Positions 1 through 9,519 of a stretch of DNA of 64,000 nucleotides are shown in pieces; the first letter of the stretch is position 1; each line of letters opens with the position of its first letter. The notes beneath the pieces are model-generated. The model was not told the DNA's origin. It saw nothing but the letters and a program-made list of their open reading frames with translations, and ran no database searches. The position numbers and the translations under genes were made by a program. The DNA lies in the IMG/VR virus record IMGVR_UViG_3300022868_000018. One strand, 5' to 3'. The stretch is from an uncultured virus (IMG/VR IMGVR_UViG_3300022868_000018). Its lineage: Duplodnaviria > Heunggongvirae > Uroviricota > Caudoviricetes.

Positions 1-215
1 ACCATTGCGATTGCCAGCACCGCTACCCATCCAGGCAGGATGCCCAGCACACCGCAGGTGGTTGCGGTCACGGTCAACACCCCCGCGATAGTTGCTGCCC
101 ACTCGCCGCCAAGCCCAGGGATCACCCGCTTGATGAGGTCTACGATTGCCGCGCTCGCTGGCGCGAATATCGCAATGGAAATTGCTGCCTGCTTTGCCAT
201 CTCTGCGTAGTCCAT
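1..215 (-). CDS. Holin-like membrane protein (3' end runs off window)
   Basis: Read manually: MDYAEMAKQAAISIAIFAPASAAIVDLIKRVIPGLGGEWAATIAGVLTV...; several hydrophobic helices; end of late operon. Confidence 0.55.
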   Translation of the reverse strand, partial: MDYAEMAKQAAISIAIFAPASAAIVDLIKRVIPGLGGEWAATIAGVLTVTATTCGVLGILPGWVAVLAIAM

Positions 216-218
216 GTC

Positions 219-455
219 TTACCCTCCTCCGTGAAGCATAGTGAGTGCTGCCGGTCTTACGAGTACGTCAAAGGCCATGAGCAGAACCGCAATGACCGCC
301 CCCACCTTCCAGGCAAGTCCACTGGTGGTGACAGTCAGGTCCTGCACACATTTTTCGAGTTGCGCGAGCCGTCCCTTGATCTCCATTATGTCTGCTCCTT
401 GTGCCACATTCTGCTCTCTGAGTTGTGCCCCGACGGTGCAGTCGCCGTTAGCCAT
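219..455 (-). CDS. Small coiled-coil plus C-terminal TM protein (XhlA/holin-like)
   Basis: IKGRLAQLEKCVQDL coiled coil followed by WKVGAVIAVLLMAFDVLV. Confidence 0.5.
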   Translation of the reverse strand: MANGDCTVGAQLREQNVAQGADIMEIKGRLAQLEKCVQDLTVTTSGLAWKVGAVIAVLLMAFDVLVRPAALTMLHGGG

Positions 456-490
456 TGAAATTCTCCCCACAGGTAATTCTGCGATTCTTA

Positions 491-832
491 CTACACCTTC
501 AGCGACGACTTCAGCACGACAATCTCAATTACTGCGACATACGTGCCACCCTTGTTACTGACGCAGGTGAACTTCGCATTGTATCGCGACCCCACGACCC
601 CACCCTTGAACTGCGCGGTCGCAGTCTGGCCTGTGTAGGAGACCGTCCCCGGCTCCACAAGGTCTGTCGTGACGTCAACATCATCCATGTCCGTCACGAG
701 CACGGTCGCACTGCTCACCGTCTCATCATCAGCCATATCCGGCTCGAAGTCCGGCCCCCACCTACCCGCCACCACCACCTCAGTAGGGAACTTGTACTTG
801 GTGCCAATAATCTCTCTCTGCGGCTTTGCCAT
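491..832 (-). CDS. Putative fibre-adaptor virion protein
   Basis: DF...DETVSSAT...TATAQFKGGVVGSRY pattern typical of small phage adaptor proteins; follows fibre genes. Confidence 0.5.
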   Translation of the reverse strand: MAKPQREIIGTKYKFPTEVVVAGRWGPDFEPDMADDETVSSATVLVTDMDDVDVTTDLVEPGTVSYTGQTATAQFKGGVVGSRYNAKFTCVSNKGGTYVAVIEIVVLKSSLKV

Positions 833-836
833 GAGT

Positions 837-2294
837 TCACGCTCCAAACGTCTTCGAGTAGAGTGTCCGCAAACGGCCGGCGGTATCTGTATATTCTACA
901 TTCAGGCGGCCCATAGTCAAGTCATAGGACACAGAAAAACGACCGCCGCTCTCTGAGTAGGCCTCTGCAAGGCGGCCAATGGTCTCGCTGTATTCAGCGC
1001 GGAGGCGGCCCGTGGTCGGTATCAGTTCGTCGAACATCCAGTCTATGGCGTAACTGACATCCATCGCCCCGATGCCATCGACGAGAAGCGCCGTCGCGTT
1101 CGCCGACACGGTATCAGCAACGCCGAATTGCTCGGCGACGATATGGCTCAGAGAAGGTGTCGCCAATGCGTCGGCCATCCCCGCGCCCTCGGTAACTGTC
1201 GTGTGGAAGCCCCGAACGATGACATCATTCGCGCCCACATTCTCGATGACACTGCCGGTCACGTTGGCTATCAGCCCGTCCGCGCCCGCGACAGTCTCGA
1301 TGACACTTACCGTCACCGCAACGTCGATGCTGTCATTGGCCGCCAGGCCCTCCGCAATGACCTTGCCGATACCCGCAAGCAGAGCGTCGGTCATGCCGAT
1401 ACCCTCGGCTATAGAGAGGCCACCACTAACGAGGGGCGCATCGTCTGCCCCGATACCCTCGGCGACACTCCCCGCCGCGCTTCCTGAGGGCAGGTCGTTG
1501 ATTGCCACGCCTTCTGTTATCCCCTTGTCAATGGCGCCAAGTATGTTGTCATCAACACCAACATCTTCCTCTATTGAGAGGCTGCCATCAGCCGTCAAGC
1601 TATCATCTACGCCGACGCCTTCATCGACAATGCTTGTCCCGCTGGCCTCAGTGGTATCGCTCATTGCTCCACCTTCTACAACGGTCTTGCCAACGCCGCC
1701 AAGCAGACTATCGGCTATGCCAGCACCATCTGTTATCGTAGTGGTACCGTCGGCCAGCACACTTTCGTCTATGCCAATGGTTTCGGCGACGATACCAGTT
1801 GCACTTGCTTCGGTGGTTTCGCTTGCCGCCAAGCCCTCAGCGATAGCCTTACTAACACCACCAAGCAGACTATCGGCAATATCAACCCATTCGACTATTG
1901 AGTGAGTGCCATCTGCCAGCACCGCATCATCCAAGCCAGTAGTCTCAGTAACGATGCCAGTACCGGTAATTCCAATAGTCTCGTTTGCCGCTATACCCTC
2001 AGTGATTGCCTTGCCAATACCAAGCAGCACTGTATCGCCAATACCAGCACCTTCCACAACATCGCCTGTTGCGCTTCCTGCAGCCAAGTCATTCAGCCCA
2101 AAGCTATCAGGCACCGCCAGCGCACCGCTACCGGCTATGGCATCGTCACCACCGACGCCCTCAGCCACTTGTACCGCTGCGCTACTCAACTGCTCATCGG
2201 TACCTGCAATCCCCTCAGAAACGGTTGTAGTCAACTGGCGTGGTATGCCAGTCCCGTTGAACATCGGCGAATTGAATGTGCCACCATTGAACAT
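837..2294 (-). CDS. Acidic repetitive virion fibre-like protein
   Basis: About 19-aa repeats VxEGxGxxD; N-terminal MFNGGTFNSPMFNG; C-terminal GRLxxxY repeats. Confidence 0.7.
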   Translation of the reverse strand: MFNGGTFNSPMFNGTGIPRQLTTTVSEGIAGTDEQLSSAAVQVAEGVGGDDAIAGSGALAVPDSFGLNDLAAGSATGDVVEGAGIGDTVLLGIGKAITEGIAANETIGITGTGIVTETTGLDDAVLADGTHSIVEWVDIADSLLGGVSKAIAEGLAASETTEASATGIVAETIGIDESVLADGTTTITDGAGIADSLLGGVGKTVVEGGAMSDTTEASGTSIVDEGVGVDDSLTADGSLSIEEDVGVDDNILGAIDKGITEGVAINDLPSGSAAGSVAEGIGADDAPLVSGGLSIAEGIGMTDALLAGIGKVIAEGLAANDSIDVAVTVSVIETVAGADGLIANVTGSVIENVGANDVIVRGFHTTVTEGAGMADALATPSLSHIVAEQFGVADTVSANATALLVDGIGAMDVSYAIDWMFDELIPTTGRLRAEYSETIGRLAEAYSESGGRFSVSYDLTMGRLNVEYTDTAGRLRTLYSKTFGA

Positions 2295-2297
2295 TAG

Positions 2298-2540
2298 TTA
2301 CTCCGTTGGTTTAGCTTCGGGCTCAGGCTCATCGGGCTCTTCTACTGGCGGCGCATCTGGCATCGGCCCCGTTCGTACCTGCTGTACGTTGAGGAACGCC
2401 CTCCGGATCCCGGTTGCTACATCCGACATCCGCATTGGCGGGCGTGATTCATCCAGCAACTGCCGCGCAAGCTGGTACTGCTCCGGCGTGAGTACCACCA
2501 TCACCATCGGTTCGGCTGGCTGTCCTGCTGTCTCTCCCAT
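2298..2540 (-). CDS. Hypothetical protein (possible fibre chaperone)
   Basis: Fills the gap between two fibre genes, same strand. Confidence 0.5.
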   Translation of the reverse strand: MGETAGQPAEPMVMVVLTPEQYQLARQLLDESRPPMRMSDVATGIRRAFLNVQQVRTGPMPDAPPVEEPDEPEPEAKPTE

Positions 2541-2550
2541 TGCCTATCTC

Positions 2551-4707
2551 CTATGGTGCTGTCTTAGCTGTGACAATCCCGCCGCTCACGGTGATCGTGT
2601 TGCCATCGGCGTCAACGAATGTGGTGTCGATACCTGCCACACCGTTGTCCTTGTAGCCACCGATTACATCCAGAGAACCGCCAAGGTAACTTGGCGCAGT
2701 ACCGGAATGGTAGTAACCCCAGTCCACACCACTTGTCTCGTTGAGGTAGTGCATGTAGACGGTGCCGCCTACCGTGCCATCGGCGTCCACGCGCACATAC
2801 TGCCCATAGATGCTGCCTGTGACTTCGTGAGCAGCCTCCTGGTCTACTGAGAAATACTCACCATACACATTGCCCCAGAGTTTGCCTGCGTCCATATTCG
2901 TCAGGAGATACAGTCCGCGTACGTCACGAGCGTTGCTGACATCGCCGACCTCGCCAGCGCTCATCTTTGCTTCTACATACCCGCCCTGCAAGTAGCCGAT
3001 AGTACCAGCCGCTTGATTTAGGGCAATCTGGCTATAGATGCCGCGAAAGTGGTCATCGGCGTCCGTTGCGCCCAATGTCTTCGTGACGATACTTTTGATC
3101 CCAGTAAAATCATCTGCAGTATTGAGGTTGGTATTGCTAAAGTACATGCCTTCTTCGGTCGTTGGCGCGATACCAATGCCAATATTATCAGAAACATACA
3201 GAGTACCGTTGTTGATTTCAACGTTGCCACTTTGATAGATGATGTTGTTTTCAAACTTGTCCCAATAGTTGACACTCATTGGGTATCCACGCATGATGCC
3301 GGATGAATACAAGGCATCGGCGTAGTAGAAAACATACTGGTCGGAATAGATACACATGACAGTGGCAACAGTAGCAACAGAAACAGATGATTCGTCATAC
3401 ATGCCAAAAGGACTTCCGTAGTAGTCCTTCCACAAAAGTTTGTCCGATGAAACTGCCATACCCATGCGCCACGCTATACCGTTCCAACCATGAAACAGCA
3501 TGTAATACACATCACCGATTTTGAGCAAGTCATCGCACGCTACTCTATCAGCCCATTCAATATCGCTACCCTCGAATACTGGATTCGTTCCTTCTTTAGC
3601 CCATGTGGAACCATCAGCAGATGTAGCAATACCAATTGCTCCCTGCTGGCCTGCTGTCTCTCGACCTTCATACAGCATGTACCAAGTGGCACCTTCTATC
3701 CAAACCACAGGACTGCTGACATCTTGGCTCTCCCATGTTGCACCAACTGTCGAAAGCACTATGCCATCATCAACCCACGTCACGCAGTCTGATGAGTGGT
3801 ATTTGCGAATCTCGGTACCACCACCAGCCTTGTCCTCAGCATACATGTGATACGTCCCGCTGACGTTGACCACATACGGGTCCTCCAGCGAACGCACGAT
3901 GACCTGGCCCGCCTTCGTCCAGCTTATCCCGTCGGATGAATACGCATAGCCGATGTACACAGTGTCCTGAACATAAGCCCCATTGTGACCGGAATAGAAT
4001 ATCTTGTACTCGTAGCCTGTGTCGGTGGGTTCATAAAGCACGTTGCCAATCTCGCGAATATACTCATCCCATTCTACGCCAGTACCACAGGCAATGACCG
4101 GATTGGTGCCCTCGAAGCCACCAATGTAATCAAACGCGAGGATCGTCCGGTCGGAGTAGGGGTCGCCACCCTTGTAGATGTCAGCAGCACCAATTATTCC
4201 ATCAGTCAGCGTCACATTATTGGTGTCTATCGTCCAGTCACCAGTTAAGTCACGGGTACCGTCAGCCAGCAGGTATTGCGCGTGGTCGTCTGCGCCAAGG
4301 TTGCTCAGGTCGGCATGGCTTACCGCAGCGCCATCGCCAGCAGCATCGTGGTGGTGAGCATCAATCACACCGGTTATCTGCTCGATGATATCCACGACGA
4401 TCAGCTCGTATACTTCATTCGCATCAGCGTGCCCTACCGCCGCCGTACCAGACTGCGCCCGCGTCACGGTAAAGTCATTCCCCGCAACGCCAGTCACCAG
4501 CATGATTTCCATGCCGCCGCCAGTGCCACTTCCATCATCGCGGGCCGGGTCGAAAAATGTCTGCATATCCCACACGGTCACATGGAAGGGGCCAGTCGCG
4601 GGGAAGCTCGACGCATCGGCCACGGTGATAGTACCGTCGCCGGCAAGCACCGCGCCATCAAGCGTGCTCTCTGCGCCATTCTCAAGCAGATACCAAGTAG
4701 TAGCCAC
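2551..4707 (-). CDS. Tail fibre/spike with five-bladed beta-propeller glycosidase-like domain
   Basis: Repeated blades (YKIFYSG...IGYAYSSDGISW, EDPYVV, SSPVVW...WYMLYEG, IGIATSADGSTW) as in GH32/GH43/GH130 folds; phage-type N- and C-termini. Confidence 0.75.
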   Translation of the reverse strand: MATTWYLLENGAESTLDGAVLAGDGTITVADASSFPATGPFHVTVWDMQTFFDPARDDGSGTGGGMEIMLVTGVAGNDFTVTRAQSGTAAVGHADANEVYELIVVDIIEQITGVIDAHHHDAAGDGAAVSHADLSNLGADDHAQYLLADGTRDLTGDWTIDTNNVTLTDGIIGAADIYKGGDPYSDRTILAFDYIGGFEGTNPVIACGTGVEWDEYIREIGNVLYEPTDTGYEYKIFYSGHNGAYVQDTVYIGYAYSSDGISWTKAGQVIVRSLEDPYVVNVSGTYHMYAEDKAGGGTEIRKYHSSDCVTWVDDGIVLSTVGATWESQDVSSPVVWIEGATWYMLYEGRETAGQQGAIGIATSADGSTWAKEGTNPVFEGSDIEWADRVACDDLLKIGDVYYMLFHGWNGIAWRMGMAVSSDKLLWKDYYGSPFGMYDESSVSVATVATVMCIYSDQYVFYYADALYSSGIMRGYPMSVNYWDKFENNIIYQSGNVEINNGTLYVSDNIGIGIAPTTEEGMYFSNTNLNTADDFTGIKSIVTKTLGATDADDHFRGIYSQIALNQAAGTIGYLQGGYVEAKMSAGEVGDVSNARDVRGLYLLTNMDAGKLWGNVYGEYFSVDQEAAHEVTGSIYGQYVRVDADGTVGGTVYMHYLNETSGVDWGYYHSGTAPSYLGGSLDVIGGYKDNGVAGIDTTFVDADGNTITVSGGIVTAKTAP

Positions 4708-4727
4708 GGTTCACCTCACAGGTCACA

Positions 4728-5204
4728 TCAGACATCGGTGAAGATTTCCTTGTAGGTGATAGTCAGTGTCTCATCGGTGGCCATGTTCTTGACCGCGCTC
4801 ACAGCCCGACATAGCATCGTGCCGCCAAGCGCAAGCTGATTGAACAAAGCATACTCAGTAACAGCCCGTGCACCAGTGAATGTGATGGTGCCTACACTCT
4901 GGTAGGTGTCATCGGCAACAGTGGTGGTGATACGGCTCTGCACTCCTGTTGCCCGCGTCTCCACTTCCGAACCCAATGCTGTGTCCGTCGGGTCAGCAGC
5001 TACAACACCTTCACCCACGGCAATATACTTCATGTCATCAGGCGCGGCCTCATCGCCGCTCAGTGCCCCGGCCATGAACGCAAGGCCGCTGTTCACATTC
5101 AGGTTCTCGATGATCCACTCGTCTTTCACCTGTCCATCTACGCCCCGGTGGACACAGTGGAATGCGCCCGACATGCCATATTGCTTCTCGAAGATGGTCG
5201 CCAT
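4728..5204 (-). CDS. Tail fibre collar/attachment-like protein
   Basis: NLNVNSG...YIAVGEG...AADPTDTALGSE...VTEYALFN motif common in phage fibre-base proteins. Confidence 0.65.
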   Translation of the reverse strand: MATIFEKQYGMSGAFHCVHRGVDGQVKDEWIIENLNVNSGLAFMAGALSGDEAAPDDMKYIAVGEGVVAADPTDTALGSEVETRATGVQSRITTTVADDTYQSVGTITFTGARAVTEYALFNQLALGGTMLCRAVSAVKNMATDETLTITYKEIFTDV

Positions 5205-5227
5205 AACCAACACCTGCTTTCGCGTGT

Positions 5228-5911
5228 TTAGTCTGCCTTCTCGTCGTTTACTTGATCCAACCCCCGCCTGTCGCATTCAATGCAAAGCGCACTGGGGTTG
5301 GCTGGCTCCCAATGCTCATCCTTAGTTCCCATGTAGTGTTTGCTGCGATGCCGTTTCACCTGCGCGGGATTACCGCAGACCACCGTACCCGGTGGAACAT
5401 CGCGTATCACTACAGCACTCATCCCTACTATAGCACCTTCGCCTATAGTTATGCCACCCATAATACTGGCTTTGGCTGCTATCACAACGTCGTCACCAAT
5501 CACGACGGGCTGCGGCGTGAATATCTTGCCCACCTGCGGGTATTTGTCATTGCCGAGAAAAGCTGCGGGGCCGATGAAGACGTTATCGCCGATATGCGCG
5601 GGCTCGTGTAGTTGCGCTGACGCGCCGATGCGGCTGTTGCGGCCGATGCTTACCCCCGGACCGATATATGCCTGGCTCCCAATCATCACATTGACGCCGA
5701 GTTTCGCCCCACGCCGGAGGTGAACCCAGTGCCAGATCGTGCAGGGAGAAGGAAGCTCGACATCCGCCTCGATGGTGCAGTGATTCCCAATACGGACGCC
5801 TTCGTTTAAGATGACGCCTTCCTCTATCACTGAACAGTGACCGATACAAGCATCAGGCGGGATGACGATACCATCGTGAATGACGCAGTGCTGGCCGATG
5901 TTTGCGCTCAT
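5228..5911 (-). CDS. Hexapeptide-repeat (left-handed beta-helix) sugar N/O-acyltransferase
   Basis: Many IGxxxx repeats, IGDNVFIGP, NDKYP, C-terminal VVIRDVPPGTVVCGNPA. Confidence 0.9.
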   Translation of the reverse strand: MSANIGQHCVIHDGIVIPPDACIGHCSVIEEGVILNEGVRIGNHCTIEADVELPSPCTIWHWVHLRRGAKLGVNVMIGSQAYIGPGVSIGRNSRIGASAQLHEPAHIGDNVFIGPAAFLGNDKYPQVGKIFTPQPVVIGDDVVIAAKASIMGGITIGEGAIVGMSAVVIRDVPPGTVVCGNPAQVKRHRSKHYMGTKDEHWEPANPSALCIECDRRGLDQVNDEKAD

Positions 5912-5932
5912 GGATAATGCTCCATCCTTATT

Positions 5933-6706
5933 TTAATCAGTTATCACATCGGACTTAGCACAGTTGTCGCAGGATGTGCAGAGTAGCGTCTCGCAATGCT
6001 GGGGGTCGTCGTGCAGGATACCCCAACCATCATCGCTGAGTTTGCCGAGGCAATCTATCGCAAAATCTGCGTGGCCGATGCAGCGATAGACTGCGCTATC
6101 CGGTAGCACTATTACGAAATCATGTCCACAACTACAGGAGGCGATACGGCCATTCTGCCGTGGCATCTTGTCACGGAATAGGAATGTCTCGTCGAATGTG
6201 CCCACGTAGAGCTTTGCGCCAAGTTCGGCAGTACGCTCCTTCACCCGCTCCAGTATGTCTGGCAGGTCGCGCCAGAGAGTGACGTAGGACACTTCAAGCC
6301 GGGTATGCGGCACCGTCTCTTGCAGCCACTTTATCCCCTCCCAGAAGGAGTCCGCTTCGGGATGATCGGGATGGAAGTGCAGGCTTGCCGTGGCAGACGT
6401 AAGCCGTGAATAGAGTTCCGGCTTCAGCCACTCACTCGGATGTATCCGCAGATTTGTCTCCATGCGGAAAGGCCAGTCGGTTGTCGTGAGCACTGTTGCT
6501 AATGGCCGGTAGACGCTCGGCTCGCGTCCGCCTATACCAACATGCGAAAGCGTGTGCGGACAGTCATCGAAGATACGAATCCACTCCTCCGCAGGTAGTT
6601 CGCTACCGTGTTTCGCGATAGGCAAACCGCGCCCACCGCAGTAGGCACAAACCAGATTGCAGCGGAACGTAGGCATCCAGGCTATTGTCACATTTCGCAT
6701 CGTCAT
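5933..6706 (-). CDS. Radical SAM protein with SPASM/twitch-like C-terminus
   Basis: CNLVCAYC (CX3CX2C), GGREP, ETN, C-terminal CSCG...PDSAVYRC...CxxxxCxxC. Confidence 0.9.
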   Translation of the reverse strand: MTMRNVTIAWMPTFRCNLVCAYCGGRGLPIAKHGSELPAEEWIRIFDDCPHTLSHVGIGGREPSVYRPLATVLTTTDWPFRMETNLRIHPSEWLKPELYSRLTSATASLHFHPDHPEADSFWEGIKWLQETVPHTRLEVSYVTLWRDLPDILERVKERTAELGAKLYVGTFDETFLFRDKMPRQNGRIASCSCGHDFVIVLPDSAVYRCIGHADFAIDCLGKLSDDGWGILHDDPQHCETLLCTSCDNCAKSDVITD

Positions 6707-7923
6707 TTCCTTTCGAGCTTGAATATCATGCGCTGTTCGGGCATGTATGCGCCTATCATCATCTCTCGCAACTCAAATCCCGCTTCCTCGGCTATGCGCT
6801 GCACCCACGCGGGAGGGAAATGCCACGTCCCCGGATAGCGCGCCCACTTCGGCTTGACTGGTTCCGCAGGCGCAAGCGTTTTCGTCGCATGGTCATAGGC
6901 TGTGGCACAGAACGGGGCCTCCAGCACAACGGCATCCGACACATCCATGACCTTCTGCAGCAGGGCCTCGGGGTCGGCTACGCGATGCAGGATATTGAGC
7001 AGCAGCGCCAGTGAGTAGCGATAGGGTGTTGCATCCACTCGCAGCACCGGCAACTCGCAGACCGTTGCATCCATCAGGGCAGTGCCTATCGGCAGCCGGT
7101 ACGCGTCACGAATAGTCCGCAACTCAGACAGGCCGTTATCGGCTATGTCAACTGCCATCACACTCAGCGCGCCACGGTTCGTCGCTTCCAGGCTGAAACC
7201 GCCGTTGCAGGCACCCACATCAAGCACGCTCATTCCGGTCATATCAGCAGGCAGTATCGCGTCGAGCCGCGCCTGCTCGAAATCAACCCAACTCAGTTTG
7301 CCATGCCATTCATTGCCAATCCGCACGGCTGGCTGGCACCTCGGGGTGCCTGCGTCAAGGACAAGCGTAGAGCGCGGTGCATCCATCATCATGCGGGCTG
7401 CCTCGGGCGCGATCTCTTGCAGCGGATAGTCGCGCCCGTCAAGCAGTAGCGGCGTGCAGATTGGCAGTAATGTAAGAGCCTGGTCAATGATAGCGACATC
7501 CGAGATGGCGGCCTGCTTGTCGCGTCGCCCAATGACTCTCCCGTAGGCAGCTACGTCGCCAAGCTGCGTGTATCGGTATAACATACGGGTATCACACATC
7601 CACTGCGGCGTCAGCACCCATACCTGCATAACGTCGAATGCACATTTGCACTCAGCGTAAAGCCTCGGCGTTGCGAACCACGTTTCAAGGAGCAAGCAAT
7701 CGGCATCGCCCATCTGTTCCTTGACGAGTGGTAGGAATGGGCCGCCAGCCTTGTGCGCCCGCGTAATGGCATCACTATCGCCAATCCGCACGCGGCCTTG
7801 CGCCAAGTCGTGCAACTGCTTGACGCCTATCAGATGCGTTGCGCCCGTCTCCATTGCGGTAGCCAGTCCGGTCTTGCCGGAGCCGGAGGAGCCCAGTAGC
7901 ATGACTATTGTCGGCTTTGCCAT
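6703..7923 (-). CDS. P-loop kinase fused to class I SAM-dependent methyltransferase
   Basis: N-terminal GSSGSGKT; C-terminal VLDVGACNGGFS and NILHRVADP. Confidence 0.8.
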   Translation of the reverse strand: MAKPTIVMLLGSSGSGKTGLATAMETGATHLIGVKQLHDLAQGRVRIGDSDAITRAHKAGGPFLPLVKEQMGDADCLLLETWFATPRLYAECKCAFDVMQVWVLTPQWMCDTRMLYRYTQLGDVAAYGRVIGRRDKQAAISDVAIIDQALTLLPICTPLLLDGRDYPLQEIAPEAARMMMDAPRSTLVLDAGTPRCQPAVRIGNEWHGKLSWVDFEQARLDAILPADMTGMSVLDVGACNGGFSLEATNRGALSVMAVDIADNGLSELRTIRDAYRLPIGTALMDATVCELPVLRVDATPYRYSLALLLNILHRVADPEALLQKVMDVSDAVVLEAPFCATAYDHATKTLAPAEPVKPKWARYPGTWHFPPAWVQRIAEEAGFELREMMIGAYMPEQRMIFKLERK

Positions 7924-7927
7924 TGTG

Positions 7928-8383
7928 CTATTCGCTCCCTGTGTTGACTGTAAAATGCTTGCCGCACTGCTCGCATACGTAAGGCCAACTACCATCGGCC
8001 CCAACTCCACCGGGGGCAGCTATCGCCAGATTGCCACAGCCGGGACAGTTGGGCATGTCGCGCTGCGGCTTCGGCTCCTGCACGTCATTCCCATCAGCAT
8101 CTATGCAGAACACAATATCGCAATCACCGCAAATGTAGTTTGCGCAACCGCCAGGCGGCGCAGGATTCGGCTTGTCTGATAGCACACGGCCACACTTCGG
8201 ACAGCCAATTTGCCCTTCGCCCGATGGCAGCTTTTCGTGCTTGTCCTGCAGTATCCGCTTCGCCCTCAGAAGTGGCCGCACAAGGTACGCAGATGGCGGC
8301 AGCCGGGCCAGTAGCGACCGCGCCGAATCGTAACCCGCCAGCGCGAGGCCCGACGTGCCCATCAACATGACAATAGTCTGCAT
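7928..8383 (-). CDS. Multi zinc-ribbon hypothetical protein (paralogue of 8941-9501)
   Basis: Four CxxC pairs; shares LALAGYDSARSLL...RAKRILQDKHE with 8941-9501. Confidence 0.6.
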   Translation of the reverse strand: MQTIVMLMGTSGLALAGYDSARSLLARLPPSAYLVRPLLRAKRILQDKHEKLPSGEGQIGCPKCGRVLSDKPNPAPPGGCANYICGDCDIVFCIDADGNDVQEPKPQRDMPNCPGCGNLAIAAPGGVGADGSWPYVCEQCGKHFTVNTGSE

Positions 8384-8395
8384 TGCGAAGCTCCT

Positions 8396-8599
8396 TCAGC
8401 CGTTATCAGTGTTCTCGGTTGGTACATCATCCTCATCCATCACTCCGGGCGCACGGCACATCTCCGCCAGCATCGCAGAGTTCGCGGCGACGATATTGGA
8501 GAGGCTCGTCACAGTGCTCTCAAGGTCTCTCACGGTCGCCACCAGCACAACTATGTCACTCTTCTTCTTCCCCTGTCCCTCCTGCTTAGACCACAACAT
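8396..8599 (-). CDS. Small coiled-coil hypothetical protein
   Basis: Packed ORF with SD-like GGAG upstream. Confidence 0.5.
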   Translation of the reverse strand: MLWSKQEGQGKKKSDIVVLVATVRDLESTVTSLSNIVAANSAMLAEMCRAPGVMDEDDVPTENTDNG

Positions 8600-8600
8600 A

Positions 8601-8939
8601 TCACCACTCCTCCGCTGGTACCCATGTGTCGGCAAGTTGCACACCAGTCTTTGCCATCCATCGCTTGCGAGCTTCGGCTATGGCTGCTTCCCGGCTGTCC
8701 CACCACTCGACACCATCTGGAGAGAGTTCCTCAGCATTGTTCAGCCATATTTCCCACCTGTACGTTGCTGGGGCCGCCGCCTCTGCCTCTGCCCTTAAGC
8801 AACCAGCGCGCAGGGCGTAGTCTGACCAACAGGCAGTTACGCCGCCCCCGGTCTGCGTAATGCGGATTTCTGGCACTGCGGTGTTCGCCAACACCACCAG
8901 CAACTCAGACCCACACTTTGGGCAACATTGCACATCCAT
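8601..8939 (-). CDS. Hypothetical protein with CPKCG knuckle
   Basis: Abuts both neighbours. Confidence 0.5.
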   Translation of the reverse strand: MDVQCCPKCGSELLVVLANTAVPEIRITQTGGGVTACWSDYALRAGCLRAEAEAAAPATYRWEIWLNNAEELSPDGVEWWDSREAAIAEARKRWMAKTGVQLADTWVPAEEW

Positions 8940-8940
8940 C

Positions 8941-9501
8941 TCACTCGCCTCCCGGTGTGACCATAAAGTGTTTGCTGCATTTCGGACAGATGTAGGGCCA
9001 GTTGCCATCGGAGTCGATCCCGCCTGGTGCAGGCCGCGCTATGTCGCCGCAACCGGGGCAGGAGACCACCTCGCGGCTCGGCTCTGGTTCAACATCGGGT
9101 TCCATGCCCTCGTGCTTATCCTGCAGTATGCGCTTCGCCCTGCGCAGGGGCTGTGCTACCGCTGCAGTTGCTGGCAGCCGCCCCAGTAGCGACCTCGCCG
9201 AATCGTAGCCCGCCAGTGCGAGGTCTGACGCACCCACCAACCCTGCAATCACCTCGAAGAGTTCCTTGACATCGTAGGCCCGCTGCAGCCCATGCCATTC
9301 CTGTAGCGTGAATATCATGCTGGCCGCAATCTGCAGGTTCGCCCGCGAAGGGCCGCTGATGCCGCGATCCAGCAGGCACCCGCAATACGGGCATATAGAG
9401 CGCACCCGCAGAATAATCTCTTGATCGTCAATGCTGTCGTGGTACAGCCAGTCCTGTGTCTCTGGCCTCCACGTCGAACAACCGCAGTCACACGTCATCA
9501 T
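8941..9501 (-). CDS. Multi zinc-ribbon hypothetical protein
   Basis: CDCGC, CPYCG, CPGCG, CPKC motifs. Confidence 0.6.
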   Translation of the reverse strand: MMTCDCGCSTWRPETQDWLYHDSIDDQEIILRVRSICPYCGCLLDRGISGPSRANLQIAASMIFTLQEWHGLQRAYDVKELFEVIAGLVGASDLALAGYDSARSLLGRLPATAAVAQPLRRAKRILQDKHEGMEPDVEPEPSREVVSCPGCGDIARPAPGGIDSDGNWPYICPKCSKHFMVTPGGE

Positions 9502-9519
9502 TGCACCTCTTCCGTATCA

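Noticed and set aside
1072..2850. Long plus-strand ORFs opposite structural genes (also 34931-35995, 37886-38776 and others)
   Set aside because: Antisense shadows of high-GC coding genes with no motifs or SD
7928..9501. Duplicated segments as a DGR template/variable repeat pair
   Set aside because: No reverse transcriptase, and mismatches are not adenine-specific
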